Shown here piece after piece: positions 18,849 to 29,526 of a stretch of 64,000 bases of DNA. The DNA comes from an uncultured Chloroflexia bacterium. Its GTDB lineage: Bacteria > Chloroflexota > Anaerolineae > CG2-30-64-16. The position numbers were made by a program, and so were the translations under genes. Location of the stretch: the NCBI GenBank assembly GCA_963774265.1, contig CAVZDU010000002.1:384001-448000 (forward strand), written 5' to 3'. Each line of letters begins with the position of its first letter. The first letter of the stretch is position 1. The notes beneath the pieces were generated by a model that did no database searches, was not told the origin of the DNA, and saw only the letters and a list, made by a program, of their open reading frames with translations.

Positions 18849-20342
18849 ATGACCGCACCGGCCGCAAACGGTCCGCATAAGGGTAAGGGCGGGGCTTGCC
18901 CCCGCCCGGTAGTTGGCTCGCGCCCAGGAGAAACGTGGCAGGGGCAAGCCCTGCCACTACCACAGGTGCGATCACCGGCACATGCGGCAGATTATGAGGA
19001 GGCGACGGGGCAGGGGCAAGCCCTGCCCCTACAGGACGCGCCCCCCTACTTCCACGTGTTGACCAAACCCACGGGGTCCGCCTGCAATCTCGCCTGCAAG
19101 TACTGCTTCTCCCTGGCCAAGGAGGCATTCTATCCCGGCAGCCGTTTCCGCATGAGCGACGAGCTGCTCCAGACCTATATCCGCCAGTATCTCGAGGCGC
19201 AGCGCACCGACCAGGCGACCATCGCATGGCAGGGCGGCGAGCCCACCCTCATGGGGCTCGATTTCTACCGGCGCGCGGCGGGCTACGCTGCCCAATACGC
19301 GCGGCCGGGCATGCAGATCGAGCACACCATCCAGACCAACGGCACACTGCTGAACGACGACTGGTGCGCGTTCTTCCGCGAGCACAACTTCCTGGTGGGA
19401 CTGAGCATCGACGGGCCGCGGCCGCTGCACGACGCGTATCGCGTGGACAAAGGAGGCGGACCTACCTTCGACCGGGTGCTGGCCGCGGCCCGGCTGCTCC
19501 AGAAGCACGGGGTCGACTTCAACATCCTCACGACGGTCCATGCCGCCAATGCCGATCACCCGCTGGACGTCTACCGCTTCATGCGCGACGAGTTGGGCGT
19601 CCAGTGGGTGCAGTTCATCCCCATCGTCGAGCGCGTCAACTCGGACGGCCGCACGCTCCTGCAGGAGGGGCGCACCGTCACCGAGCGCTCGGTCACGGCG
19701 GAGCAGTGGGGGCGCTTCCTGATCGCCATCTTCAACGAGTGGGTGCGCCGCGACGTGGGCAACATGTATCTGCCCCTGTTCGAGGCCAGCCTGGCATCGT
19801 GGCTGGGGGGACCCGCGTCGCTGTGCATCTTCAGCGAGACGTGCGGCGATGCCCTGGCGGTCGAGCACAACGGCGATGTCTATCCCTGCGATCATTTCGT
19901 GGAGCCGAATTATCTACTTGGCAATATCCAGGAACGCCACCTAGTCGAGCTGGTCGCCTCGGACCGGCAGCGCGGGTTCGGTGCAGCGAAGCGGGACACC
20001 CTGCCAGCCACCTGCCGCGAATGCCAGGTGCGCTTCGCGTGTCATGGCGAATGCCCCAAGAACCGTTTCATCGAGACGCCGGACGGCGAGCCTGGCCTGA
20101 ACTACCTGTGTGCGGGTTATAAGGCCTTTTTCACCCATATCGACCGGCCGATGCGCATCATGGCGCAGTTGTACCGCGCGAGCCGTTCGCCCGCAGAAAT
20201 CATACCCATGCTTGCCGACTGGGATGCCAGGCTGCAAGCAGCGTTCGCTGGGGCGAATCGAAACGATCCCTGCCCCTGCGGCAGCGGGAGGAAGTTCAAG
20301 CACTGCCACGGAGCCAGTACAGCAGCCAGCAAGACACGCTGA
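18849..20342 (+). CDS. Anaerobic sulfatase maturase (radical SAM/SPASM) with C-terminal SEC-C motif
   Basis: KPTGSACNLACKYC, WQGGEPTL, QTNGTLL and YPCDHF; SPASM cysteines; RNDPCPCGSGRKFKHCH; AGGAG SD before ATG 18849. Confidence 0.92.
   Translation: MTAPAANGPHKGKGGACPRPVVGSRPGETWQGQALPLPQVRSPAHAADYEEATGQGQALPLQDAPPYFHVLTKPTGSACNLACKYCFSLAKEAFYPGSRFRMSDELLQTYIRQYLEAQRTDQATIAWQGGEPTLMGLDFYRRAAGYAAQYARPGMQIEHTIQTNGTLLNDDWCAFFREHNFLVGLSIDGPRPLHDAYRVDKGGGPTFDRVLAAARLLQKHGVDFNILTTVHAANADHPLDVYRFMRDELGVQWVQFIPIVERVNSDGRTLLQEGRTVTERSVTAEQWGRFLIAIFNEWVRRDVGNMYLPLFEASLASWLGGPASLCIFSETCGDALAVEHNGDVYPCDHFVEPNYLLGNIQERHLVELVASDRQRGFGAAKRDTLPATCRECQVRFACHGECPKNRFIETPDGEPGLNYLCAGYKAFFTHIDRPMRIMAQLYRASRSPAEIIPMLADWDARLQAAFAGANRNDPCPCGSGRKFKHCHGASTAASKTR
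18883..19032. repeat. Three REP-like palindromes inside the 5' coding region of the maturase
   Basis: GTAAGGGCGGGGCTTGCCCCCGCCC (18883-18907), GGCAGGGGCAAGCCCTGCCACTAC (18937-18960), GGGCAGGGGCAAGCCCTGCCCCTAC (19008-19032). Confidence 0.75.
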
Positions 20343-20404
20343 ATAACAGGAATTCAGGCCAAGACACGTGGTGCGACGACCATGCAAGGAGCGCCGCACC
20401 ATGT

Positions 20405-20429
20405 GCAGGGGCGATCAGCCGGTCGCCCC
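20405..20429. repeat. REP-like hairpin
   Basis: GCAGGGGCGATCAGCCGGTCGCCCC; GGGGCGA pairs with TCGCCCC. Confidence 0.5.
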
Positions 20430-20457
20430 ACCATTCATGGAGATCGGAGCAAGCACC

Positions 20458-22750
<2,293 letters not shown>

Positions 22751-22820
22751 CGAGGACCATCGGAGACGTGCGCATATCGATCATCACGCTAAATAGATCT
22801 CAGAAGAGAGAGATAATCAA

Positions 22821-24458
22821 ATGACTAACTTCAACGAATCAGAACACAGCAGTCTGACGAGGCGTGAGGCGCTGAAGCTCGCGGGCATGGCCGCAGGCGG
22901 CTTGGCCATCGGGAGCGCCATGGCCGGCCCGGCATTGGGCAACGCCCACGCAAACACATGCGAAGACGCTGCGTGCGTCTGCCCCGACGGGCCTACCTGC
23001 AAATGGGACCATCCCGTCAGATCGCAGCGGTACACCTACTTCGAACAGCTTCCCCCGTTCTACCCCTTCAGAGATCCCCCGGCCACGAAGGTCCCGCTGA
23101 ACTCGACCATCCCGCTTCTGGGCAAGGACGAGATGCGGATCACGTTCTTGGGATCCTCCATCCCCGGCAATCTACGCAAGAAACAGCAGATGATGAGCGT
23201 CTTTGTTGAGGTGGGCTGGGATGATGCGAGACAAACGCCCCTGGACAACTTCGTATTCGACTGCGGCTCCGGCGTGTGCACCAACTACAACGCCATGAAT
23301 GTCGGATTCGGCAGGATGAACAAGGTCTTCATTAACCATCTGCACGGCGACCACATGAGCGACCTGACGCACATCTACTGCTTCGGCCCTTCCGCAGACC
23401 GGCTGTCGCCACTGTACGTCTTCGGACCCAAGGCTTCCGGCGTGAAAGACCCGAAGTACCCGGGCAAGGTTCACGACGATGGCACCCGGGCCTTCTGTGA
23501 GCACCTCCGGGCCGCCTGCCGTTGGCACACGGAGAGCTTCAGCTTCCAGCAGACAAACTATACGCCCAAAGTGTCCGATCCCAGAACTCTCGTCCAGAAA
23601 TGGGGAGTGCCGTACGAACCCAAGCCTGTGGGGGATCCTGAGGCGCCCGATGATCCCAACGACAGCTACGCCCTGATCCCCATCGAACTCGACTGGGAGA
23701 AGGGCGGCATCGCCTATCACAACGAGGATACCGGCGTCAAGATCACCTACTTCAAGGTGATCCATGCCCGCAAGGGCTCCCTCGGCTACAAGCTCGAATG
23801 GACGCCTCCCGGCATCCCCGGCGCTAAAACCCTGTCCATGATCTACTCGAGCGACACCAAGCCCGAGGAGCTCTGCATTGAGAATGCCGTGAACGGGGGC
23901 AAGGGCGTAGACGTGTTCATTCACGAGATGATCGTGCCGGCCGAGGTATGGGCCATGAAGGCGGTCCACTTAACAGACCCCAGCCTGGTTCCTCCGTCTA
24001 CCGTCCAGCAGATCCAGATGGTTCAGAACAGCTCGCACACTCCCCAGGGAGCCTTCGGTTACCTCCTCAGCCAGATCGAACCCAAGCCGCGGCTCACCGC
24101 TGCCACCCACTTCCCGGCGTCCGACGACACGGTCGCATGCGCGCTGAAAAGCGTGGCGGAGCACTGCAACGTCGTTCAGGGCCGGGATCCGAAACCGAAG
24201 GAGAAAGCTGCCCGCATCACCTGGTCCTTCGACTGCATGGTGATCACCGTATCTAAGAATCGGATCCTCGAGCAAAGAGGCGTGGTCTCGGACTTCGAGT
24301 GGAATTTCATCCCCCAGCCGGTCCCGGGTGTGCGGAATCCGGCAAAGTACAGCAAGGATGGCGTTGGGGATCCATACGCACAGATCGACGAATCGACGGC
24401 GATACCGGCCTGCAATAGCGATACGGGAGAGTGCAACTACCGCGCGGACGGGTATTGA
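22821..24458 (+). CDS. Tat-exported MBL-fold metallo-hydrolase (RNase Z/arylsulfatase-like, GntH-like)
   Basis: TRREALK Tat motif; ITFLGS, FDCGSG, NHLHGDH, SSDT, FIHE, SHT and THF motifs. Confidence 0.85.
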   Translation: MTNFNESEHSSLTRREALKLAGMAAGGLAIGSAMAGPALGNAHANTCEDAACVCPDGPTCKWDHPVRSQRYTYFEQLPPFYPFRDPPATKVPLNSTIPLLGKDEMRITFLGSSIPGNLRKKQQMMSVFVEVGWDDARQTPLDNFVFDCGSGVCTNYNAMNVGFGRMNKVFINHLHGDHMSDLTHIYCFGPSADRLSPLYVFGPKASGVKDPKYPGKVHDDGTRAFCEHLRAACRWHTESFSFQQTNYTPKVSDPRTLVQKWGVPYEPKPVGDPEAPDDPNDSYALIPIELDWEKGGIAYHNEDTGVKITYFKVIHARKGSLGYKLEWTPPGIPGAKTLSMIYSSDTKPEELCIENAVNGGKGVDVFIHEMIVPAEVWAMKAVHLTDPSLVPPSTVQQIQMVQNSSHTPQGAFGYLLSQIEPKPRLTAATHFPASDDTVACALKSVAEHCNVVQGRDPKPKEKAARITWSFDCMVITVSKNRILEQRGVVSDFEWNFIPQPVPGVRNPAKYSKDGVGDPYAQIDESTAIPACNSDTGECNYRADGY

Positions 24459-24462
24459 TCGT

Positions 24463-24494
24463 CGCCGTCAGGGCGTCTTAATGCCCTGACGGCG
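24463..24494. terminator. Intergenic hairpin
   Basis: CGCCGTCAGGGCGT-CTTA-ATGCCCTGACGGCG. Confidence 0.5.
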
Positions 24495-24510
24495 CACCTG
24501 CATCCATGCA

Positions 24511-24553
24511 AGATCGGAGCAAGCACCATGAAACGACTGAATCTCACCCTGAC
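24511..24553 (+). repeat. 43-bp direct repeat (RBS plus first signal-peptide codons), copy 2
   Basis: Identical to 20441..20483. Confidence 0.9.
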
Positions 24554-27029
24554 GATACTGCTGTTCGCAGTGCTTCTGCCCGGTGCAGGCTGCCCCGTGT
24601 CAGCGGCGCGGCCGGCGGATGCACCGGCGGCCGCGGCCGGCCGCATCCCCCTGAAGGATGCGCTCGACACGCTGGAGCCCCGGGACGTGTGGCAGAACTT
24701 CTATGTCCTGACACAGATTCCGCGACCGTCGCAGCACGAGGAGCAGATCCGGGATTTCCTGGCAAAGTTCGGCCGGGACCTGGGCTTCGAAACCATGATC
24801 GACGACGTGGGCAACGTGATCATCCGGAAGCCGGCGGCCAGAGGCATGGAGCGCCGCCAGGGTGTGATCCTGCAGGCCCACATGGACATGGTGCCCCAGC
24901 AGACCCCTGAGAGCACCCATGACTTCCTGACCGACCCGATCGATGCCTACGTCGAGGGCGACTGGGTGGTGGCCGACGGCACGACCCTGGGCGCGGACGA
25001 CGGCAGCGGCTTGGCCATTGCGATGGCCATCCTGCAGTCGAAGACACTCTCCCTGGGTCCGATCGAGGCGCTGTTCACCGTCAATGAAGAAGCGGGGATG
25101 GACGGCGCGATGGGCCTGCAAGCGGGCGTGCTGCAGGGCAGCATCCTGATCAACCTGGACTCGGAGAACGAAGGGGAGTTCACCATCGGCAGCGCCGGGG
25201 GCGAGTCTGGCACGGTCCTGTCCACGTATGCGGAGTCGACGGCGCCGGCCGGGATGTCCGCATATACGCTGAGTGTCCGCGGCCTCAAGGGCGGCCATTC
25301 CGGCGTGGACATCGACCGGGGCCGCGGTCACGCGGCCAGGCTGCTGGCGCGCTTCCTCAAGGAAGCCGCCGGCAAGTACGGAGTGCGGGTGGCCCGGATC
25401 GCCAGCGGGACCGCGGGCAATGCCATCCCGCGCGATGCATCGGCACTCATGGTCGTGCCTGCCGGCCAGGTCGATGCATTCCTGAAGAGCGTGCAGGGGT
25501 ACGAAGCGATCGTCAAGAGCGAGCTGGCGGCGACCGAACCCGATCTCAGCGTGCAGGCCGAACCTGCCGGCGATGGTGCGCCTGCCAGGGTCATGGAAGA
25601 GAAAGCCCAGCGGACGCTGATCAATGCCCTGTACGGCGCCCCGCAGGGGGTGATGCGCATGAGCGATGCAGTGCCTGGCCTCGTCGAGACCTCCACCAAC
25701 ATGGGGATCGTCAATATCGGGGATGGGCAGGTGGAGGTCAGATACTACTTGCGCAGCTCAGTGGACTCGGCGCTGGAGGATCTGGGCCAGATGATCGCCA
25801 GCGTGTGGGATCTGGCAGGCGTCGAGGTTACCTTCAGCGGGGGCTATTCCGGGTGGAATCCAAATCCAAACTCGCCGATCCTTCTCCTGATGCAGGGTGT
25901 CTATCAGGAGCTGTACGGCAAGGACCCGAAGGTTTCTGCCGTCCACGCCGGACTGGAATGCGGCACGATCGTCAGCAAATATCCGGGCATGGACGCGATT
26001 TCCATCGGCCCGACCCTGCAGGATGTGCACACGCCGAGCGAAAGGATGGAGGTCGCCAGCGTCAAGAAGCTGTACGACCTGTTGCTCGAAACCCTCTCAC
26101 AGATACCTGAGACGTCCGCGGCCATTGACCCGCTGCCCTCCTGGAACCCTGGTCCGGCGAAGGACGCGATCCTGAAGTTCGTTGCGGATGTGGCCGACCC
26201 CACCGGCCCATCCTACGTCCCGCCGGCCGAGCGCATCGCGGTCACCGATAACGATGGCACGCTGTGGACCGAGAAGCCAATACCCAGCCAGGCAGCCTTC
26301 CTGTTCGCCCGCATCGCGGCGATGGCGCCCGACCATCCCGAGTGGAAGACGACCCAGCCGTACCAGGCTGTCCTGGAAGCCGACAGCAAGGCCCTTGCGG
26401 GCCTGGGGATGGAAGATGTCGAGAAGCTCCTCTTAGCGACCCACGCAGGCATGACCGAAGAGGAGTTCGAGGCGACCGCCAAGGCATTTCTGGACACGGC
26501 AAGGCATCCACGCTTCGGCGTGCCCTACACGGAGACGGTCTACCAGCCCATGCTCGAGTTATTGGCGCTCCTTCGGGCTAATGATTTCAAGACGTTCATC
26601 GTATCGGGCGGCGGCGTCGAGTTCATGCGCGTCTTCTCCGAGGAGGTCTACGGCATCCCGCGCGAGAACGTGATCGGCAGCAGCCTGCAATACAAGTTCC
26701 AACTGACGCCGGAGGGAAGCGTCCTGGTCCGCCAGCCGGAGCTGGTCTCCCTGGACGACCGGCAAATGAAGCCGGTCAATATCCAGCTCCACATCGGCCG
26801 CAGGCCGATCATGGCCATCGGCAACTCGGACGGCGACCTGGCGATGTTCCAGTATACCGCCAGTCGTAAAGGACCGTACCTGAACCTGCTGGTCGTCCAC
26901 GACGATGCCGAACGCGAGTACGAGGTGTTGACCGGGACCGATGCGATGATGGCCGCGGCCGCGCAAAGCCCGTGGGTGTTCGCCAGCATGAAGCGGGATT
27001 TCAAGATCGTGTTTCCGATCGGGAAATGA
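24528..27029 (+). CDS. Signal-peptide-bearing fusion of PepD-type aminoacyl-histidine dipeptidase (M20C) and a HAD-family phosphatase
   Basis: PepD motifs IPRPS, QAHMDMV, LGADDG, NEEAGM, NLDSE, HAGLECG and VHTPSER; then DPLPSWN, DNDGTLW, IVSGGG and GNSDGD (HAD) in one ORF. Confidence 0.88.
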   Translation: MKRLNLTLTILLFAVLLPGAGCPVSAARPADAPAAAAGRIPLKDALDTLEPRDVWQNFYVLTQIPRPSQHEEQIRDFLAKFGRDLGFETMIDDVGNVIIRKPAARGMERRQGVILQAHMDMVPQQTPESTHDFLTDPIDAYVEGDWVVADGTTLGADDGSGLAIAMAILQSKTLSLGPIEALFTVNEEAGMDGAMGLQAGVLQGSILINLDSENEGEFTIGSAGGESGTVLSTYAESTAPAGMSAYTLSVRGLKGGHSGVDIDRGRGHAARLLARFLKEAAGKYGVRVARIASGTAGNAIPRDASALMVVPAGQVDAFLKSVQGYEAIVKSELAATEPDLSVQAEPAGDGAPARVMEEKAQRTLINALYGAPQGVMRMSDAVPGLVETSTNMGIVNIGDGQVEVRYYLRSSVDSALEDLGQMIASVWDLAGVEVTFSGGYSGWNPNPNSPILLLMQGVYQELYGKDPKVSAVHAGLECGTIVSKYPGMDAISIGPTLQDVHTPSERMEVASVKKLYDLLLETLSQIPETSAAIDPLPSWNPGPAKDAILKFVADVADPTGPSYVPPAERIAVTDNDGTLWTEKPIPSQAAFLFARIAAMAPDHPEWKTTQPYQAVLEADSKALAGLGMEDVEKLLLATHAGMTEEEFEATAKAFLDTARHPRFGVPYTETVYQPMLELLALLRANDFKTFIVSGGGVEFMRVFSEEVYGIPRENVIGSSLQYKFQLTPEGSVLVRQPELVSLDDRQMKPVNIQLHIGRRPIMAIGNSDGDLAMFQYTASRKGPYLNLLVVHDDAEREYEVLTGTDAMMAAAAQSPWVFASMKRDFKIVFPIGK

Positions 27030-27045
27030 AAGCGCAGGTCAGGCT

Positions 27046-27765
27046 ATGGCCGAAGAGACCGAAGACACGAGGCAAACGCGGTCAGTCGTCAATGTGTATC
27101 CGGAGGCTGAGGGACTGACCGCGGTGGAACGATTCAGCTACCGGCTGTTCATCGGCTGCGTGAGCCTTAACGCGCTGGCCGTCCTCCTTGCCTACACCCT
27201 CCTGCCCCTGCCTCAGCCGGTGCGCGAGGTGCTCGCCATCATCGACGGCCTCAACGCGGCCATCTTCCTGGTCGACTTCCTCACGCAGCTCATCACCAGC
27301 GACAACAAGGTGCGCTACTTCTTCCGCGTGGGCGGCTGGCTCGACCTTCTCGGCTGCCTGCCATTTCATCCGTGGTTCCGGTTCTTGCGCATCATACGCA
27401 GCATCCGCCTCTGGCGCCGCCTCGCCGCAACCACCCCGGTCGAAATCCGGCTGGAAGCGCAGCGGCGCCTGGCGGAGAGCAGCCTTTTCGTAGTTGCCAG
27501 CCTCGTGCTCGTCGTCGTGACGGCCGGCAGCACTGCGCTGGCCTCGATCGAGCCGCGGGCAGCCGGCGCCACCATCCGCGGGGGCAGCGATGCGGTCTGG
27601 TTTGTTTTCGCGACCATCGCCACCGTGGGCTATGGCGACACCTACCCGGTGACAGATGCCGGGCGTTTCGTCGGCGTGGTGCTCATGATCGCCGGCGTCA
27701 GTGTCTTTTCGGTTCTGACGAGCTACATCGCTTCCACATTCATGTCGAGGGGGAGAAACACATGA
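27046..27765 (+). CDS. 6TM potassium channel (ion transport family)
   Basis: TVGYGD selectivity filter; S4-like RFLRIIRSIRLWRR; WLDLL. Confidence 0.85.
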   Translation: MAEETEDTRQTRSVVNVYPEAEGLTAVERFSYRLFIGCVSLNALAVLLAYTLLPLPQPVREVLAIIDGLNAAIFLVDFLTQLITSDNKVRYFFRVGGWLDLLGCLPFHPWFRFLRIIRSIRLWRRLAATTPVEIRLEAQRRLAESSLFVVASLVLVVVTAGSTALASIEPRAAGATIRGGSDAVWFVFATIATVGYGDTYPVTDAGRFVGVVLMIAGVSVFSVLTSYIASTFMSRGRNT

Positions 27766-29213
27766 AAACTCGAACAGCAACGGTCCTGACATTGATCCTT
27801 ACGGCAGCCCTGAGCTTGGCCTCGTGTTATCCTGCACCCCAGGCAATGGCGCCGCCGGCAGAGTCCCAACCAGTCATCGAAACGACGGCAACCGCGGCGG
27901 CACAGGCGCCACAGGAAAGCGTGGCGGCGCCGCAAGAAACCGCGGCGATTGCCAACCCGGCGTCGCAGAACTGCATCAGCCAGGGCGGCAAACTGGAGAT
28001 CGAGGAACGCGGGGACGGTGCCGTCACGGACGGTGCCGCTGCGAGCGGCGCGCAGTTCGGCGTTTGCTATTTCGAAGACAACCTCCAATGCGAGGAATGG
28101 GCGCTCATGCGCGGTGAGTGTCCCGTGGGCGGCGTCAAGGTTACCGGTTACACCACGCCGGCCGCGCGCTACTGTGCGATCACCGGCGGGGAGTATGTCG
28201 TCACAGACAACGGCGGCCAGGCTGACGAGCAGGGCGCCTGCACGTTGAAGAACGGCTCGCAGTGCGAGGCCTGGAGCTTCTATAACGGCGAATGCCTGGC
28301 CGTCGGGGACGGCACCGTCCCCATTCCAACGCCCGCGCCGGCAAGTCCGGCCCTGCAAATCCCCATCGCCGAGGTGTGCAACGGCATGGCGCAGGCGCTG
28401 CTGGAGGCTGCGTCACGAGCCGCGACACCACCTTCATACGTCGAAGTGACCCAATCTGACGAGCCCGTTCCCCTGACCGATCCCTCGACCATGGCCAGCG
28501 GCACGGCCTGCCGCGCGACGGTCACGGGAACCGGCGCAGAGTTCGCCGGCCCGGACGCGATCGTGAAGGAGATCACCGCGGTCCTGACCGGCGGGGGCTG
28601 GGAGGAGGACATGCAGCTTGCGTCCGGTGGGCCGACCGGGATGGGATCGGGATACCGCTCCGGAGACCTGGTCTGCATCGCGGGCGCCATCTGGCACCCC
28701 GATGCCTCGGCCAACTGCCCGACCGATAAACCAATCTCCGAATGCAAGGTCACACCCGAGCAGCAGCTCTACACCATCACCATCGACTGTGCGCAGGCCA
28801 CGGCACAGATGCCGCAAGAAGGCGCCGCGATGGTCAACCCCGCGTCGCAGAACTGTATCGCACAGGGCGGCAAACTGGAGATCGAGGAGCGCGGGGACGG
28901 TGCCGTCACGGACGGTGCCGTCACGGACGGTGCCGCTGCGAGCGGCGGGCAGTTCGGAGTCTGCTATTTCGAGGACAACCGGCAGTGCGAGGAGTGGGCG
29001 CTGCTGCGGGGCGAGTGCCCCGCGGGCGGCGTCAAGGTTACCGGCTACAACACGCCCGCCGCACGCTATTGCGCGATCACGGGAGGCACGTATACCATCA
29101 CCGGCACGACCCCCGATGGCATGGAAGCCGGAGACTGCGCCTTGCCGAACGGGGAGGTCTGCTACGTCTGGCATTACTACAACAGATACTGTGGAGCGCC
29201 TGCTGGCCCCTAA
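27762..29213 (+). CDS. DUF333-repeat (putative hemolysin domain) Cys-rich lipoprotein
   Basis: Lipobox LASC; two modules ANPASQNC..QGG...QFGVCYFEDN.QCEEWAL.RGECP.GGVKVTGY.TPAARYCAITGG; ATGA overlap. Confidence 0.85.
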   Translation: MKTRTATVLTLILTAALSLASCYPAPQAMAPPAESQPVIETTATAAAQAPQESVAAPQETAAIANPASQNCISQGGKLEIEERGDGAVTDGAAASGAQFGVCYFEDNLQCEEWALMRGECPVGGVKVTGYTTPAARYCAITGGEYVVTDNGGQADEQGACTLKNGSQCEAWSFYNGECLAVGDGTVPIPTPAPASPALQIPIAEVCNGMAQALLEAASRAATPPSYVEVTQSDEPVPLTDPSTMASGTACRATVTGTGAEFAGPDAIVKEITAVLTGGGWEEDMQLASGGPTGMGSGYRSGDLVCIAGAIWHPDASANCPTDKPISECKVTPEQQLYTITIDCAQATAQMPQEGAAMVNPASQNCIAQGGKLEIEERGDGAVTDGAVTDGAAASGGQFGVCYFEDNRQCEEWALLRGECPAGGVKVTGYNTPAARYCAITGGTYTITGTTPDGMEAGDCALPNGEVCYVWHYYNRYCGAPAGP

Positions 29214-29381
29214 GGGTTGGAACGCGTCGCCGACCACCTATCTTCTCATTCCAGAAGGAGCGACGGGGGGCCGCCTTTACGCGGATGGCGCTGGCTTCCA
29301 TGTTGGCCTTCCGGGGAAGTGTGCCCGTCACGAAAATGTCAACGAACCGGGCCACAAGCTCCTCGGTGCTCAACTGCTTGC

Positions 29382-29409
29382 ATTATGTCAGGGCCGGCTC
29401 GTTTGTCAA
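29382..29409 (-). promoter_or_regulatory. Leftward sigma70-like promoter with no obvious downstream CDS
   Basis: Minus strand TTGACA-16 bp-CATAAT, with TG extension. Confidence 0.45.
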
Positions 29410-29452
29410 GCGCCGATCGACCGCCACGCATGGGCACCCTAGGCGATCCGTT

Positions 29453-29482
29453 TTGCCAAACACCGGGGGGGCATGCCATAAT
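29453..29482 (+). promoter_or_regulatory. Probable promoter of the SPFH gene
   Basis: TTGCCA-18 bp-CATAAT with TG extension. Confidence 0.45.
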
Positions 29483-29526
29483 GGCTGTGTCGGTCTGCCC
29501 TATATTCTCCAACATAAGGTGAGGCA

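Noticed and set aside
18883-19032. CRISPR array
   Set aside because: Only three units in mixed orientation with irregular spacing and no cas genes; fits REP-like elements.
27372-27761. Extended N-terminus of the DUF333 ORF (similarly the track starts at 4695, 8201, 33362, 39864 and 43953)
   Set aside because: Mostly overlaps the upstream gene or intergenic DNA; downstream ATGs have SDs, signal peptides or family-typical starts.
29098-29373. 91-aa minus-strand ORF behind the orphan promoter
   Set aside because: TTG start without SD, overlaps the DUF333 3' end and has no recognisable protein features.
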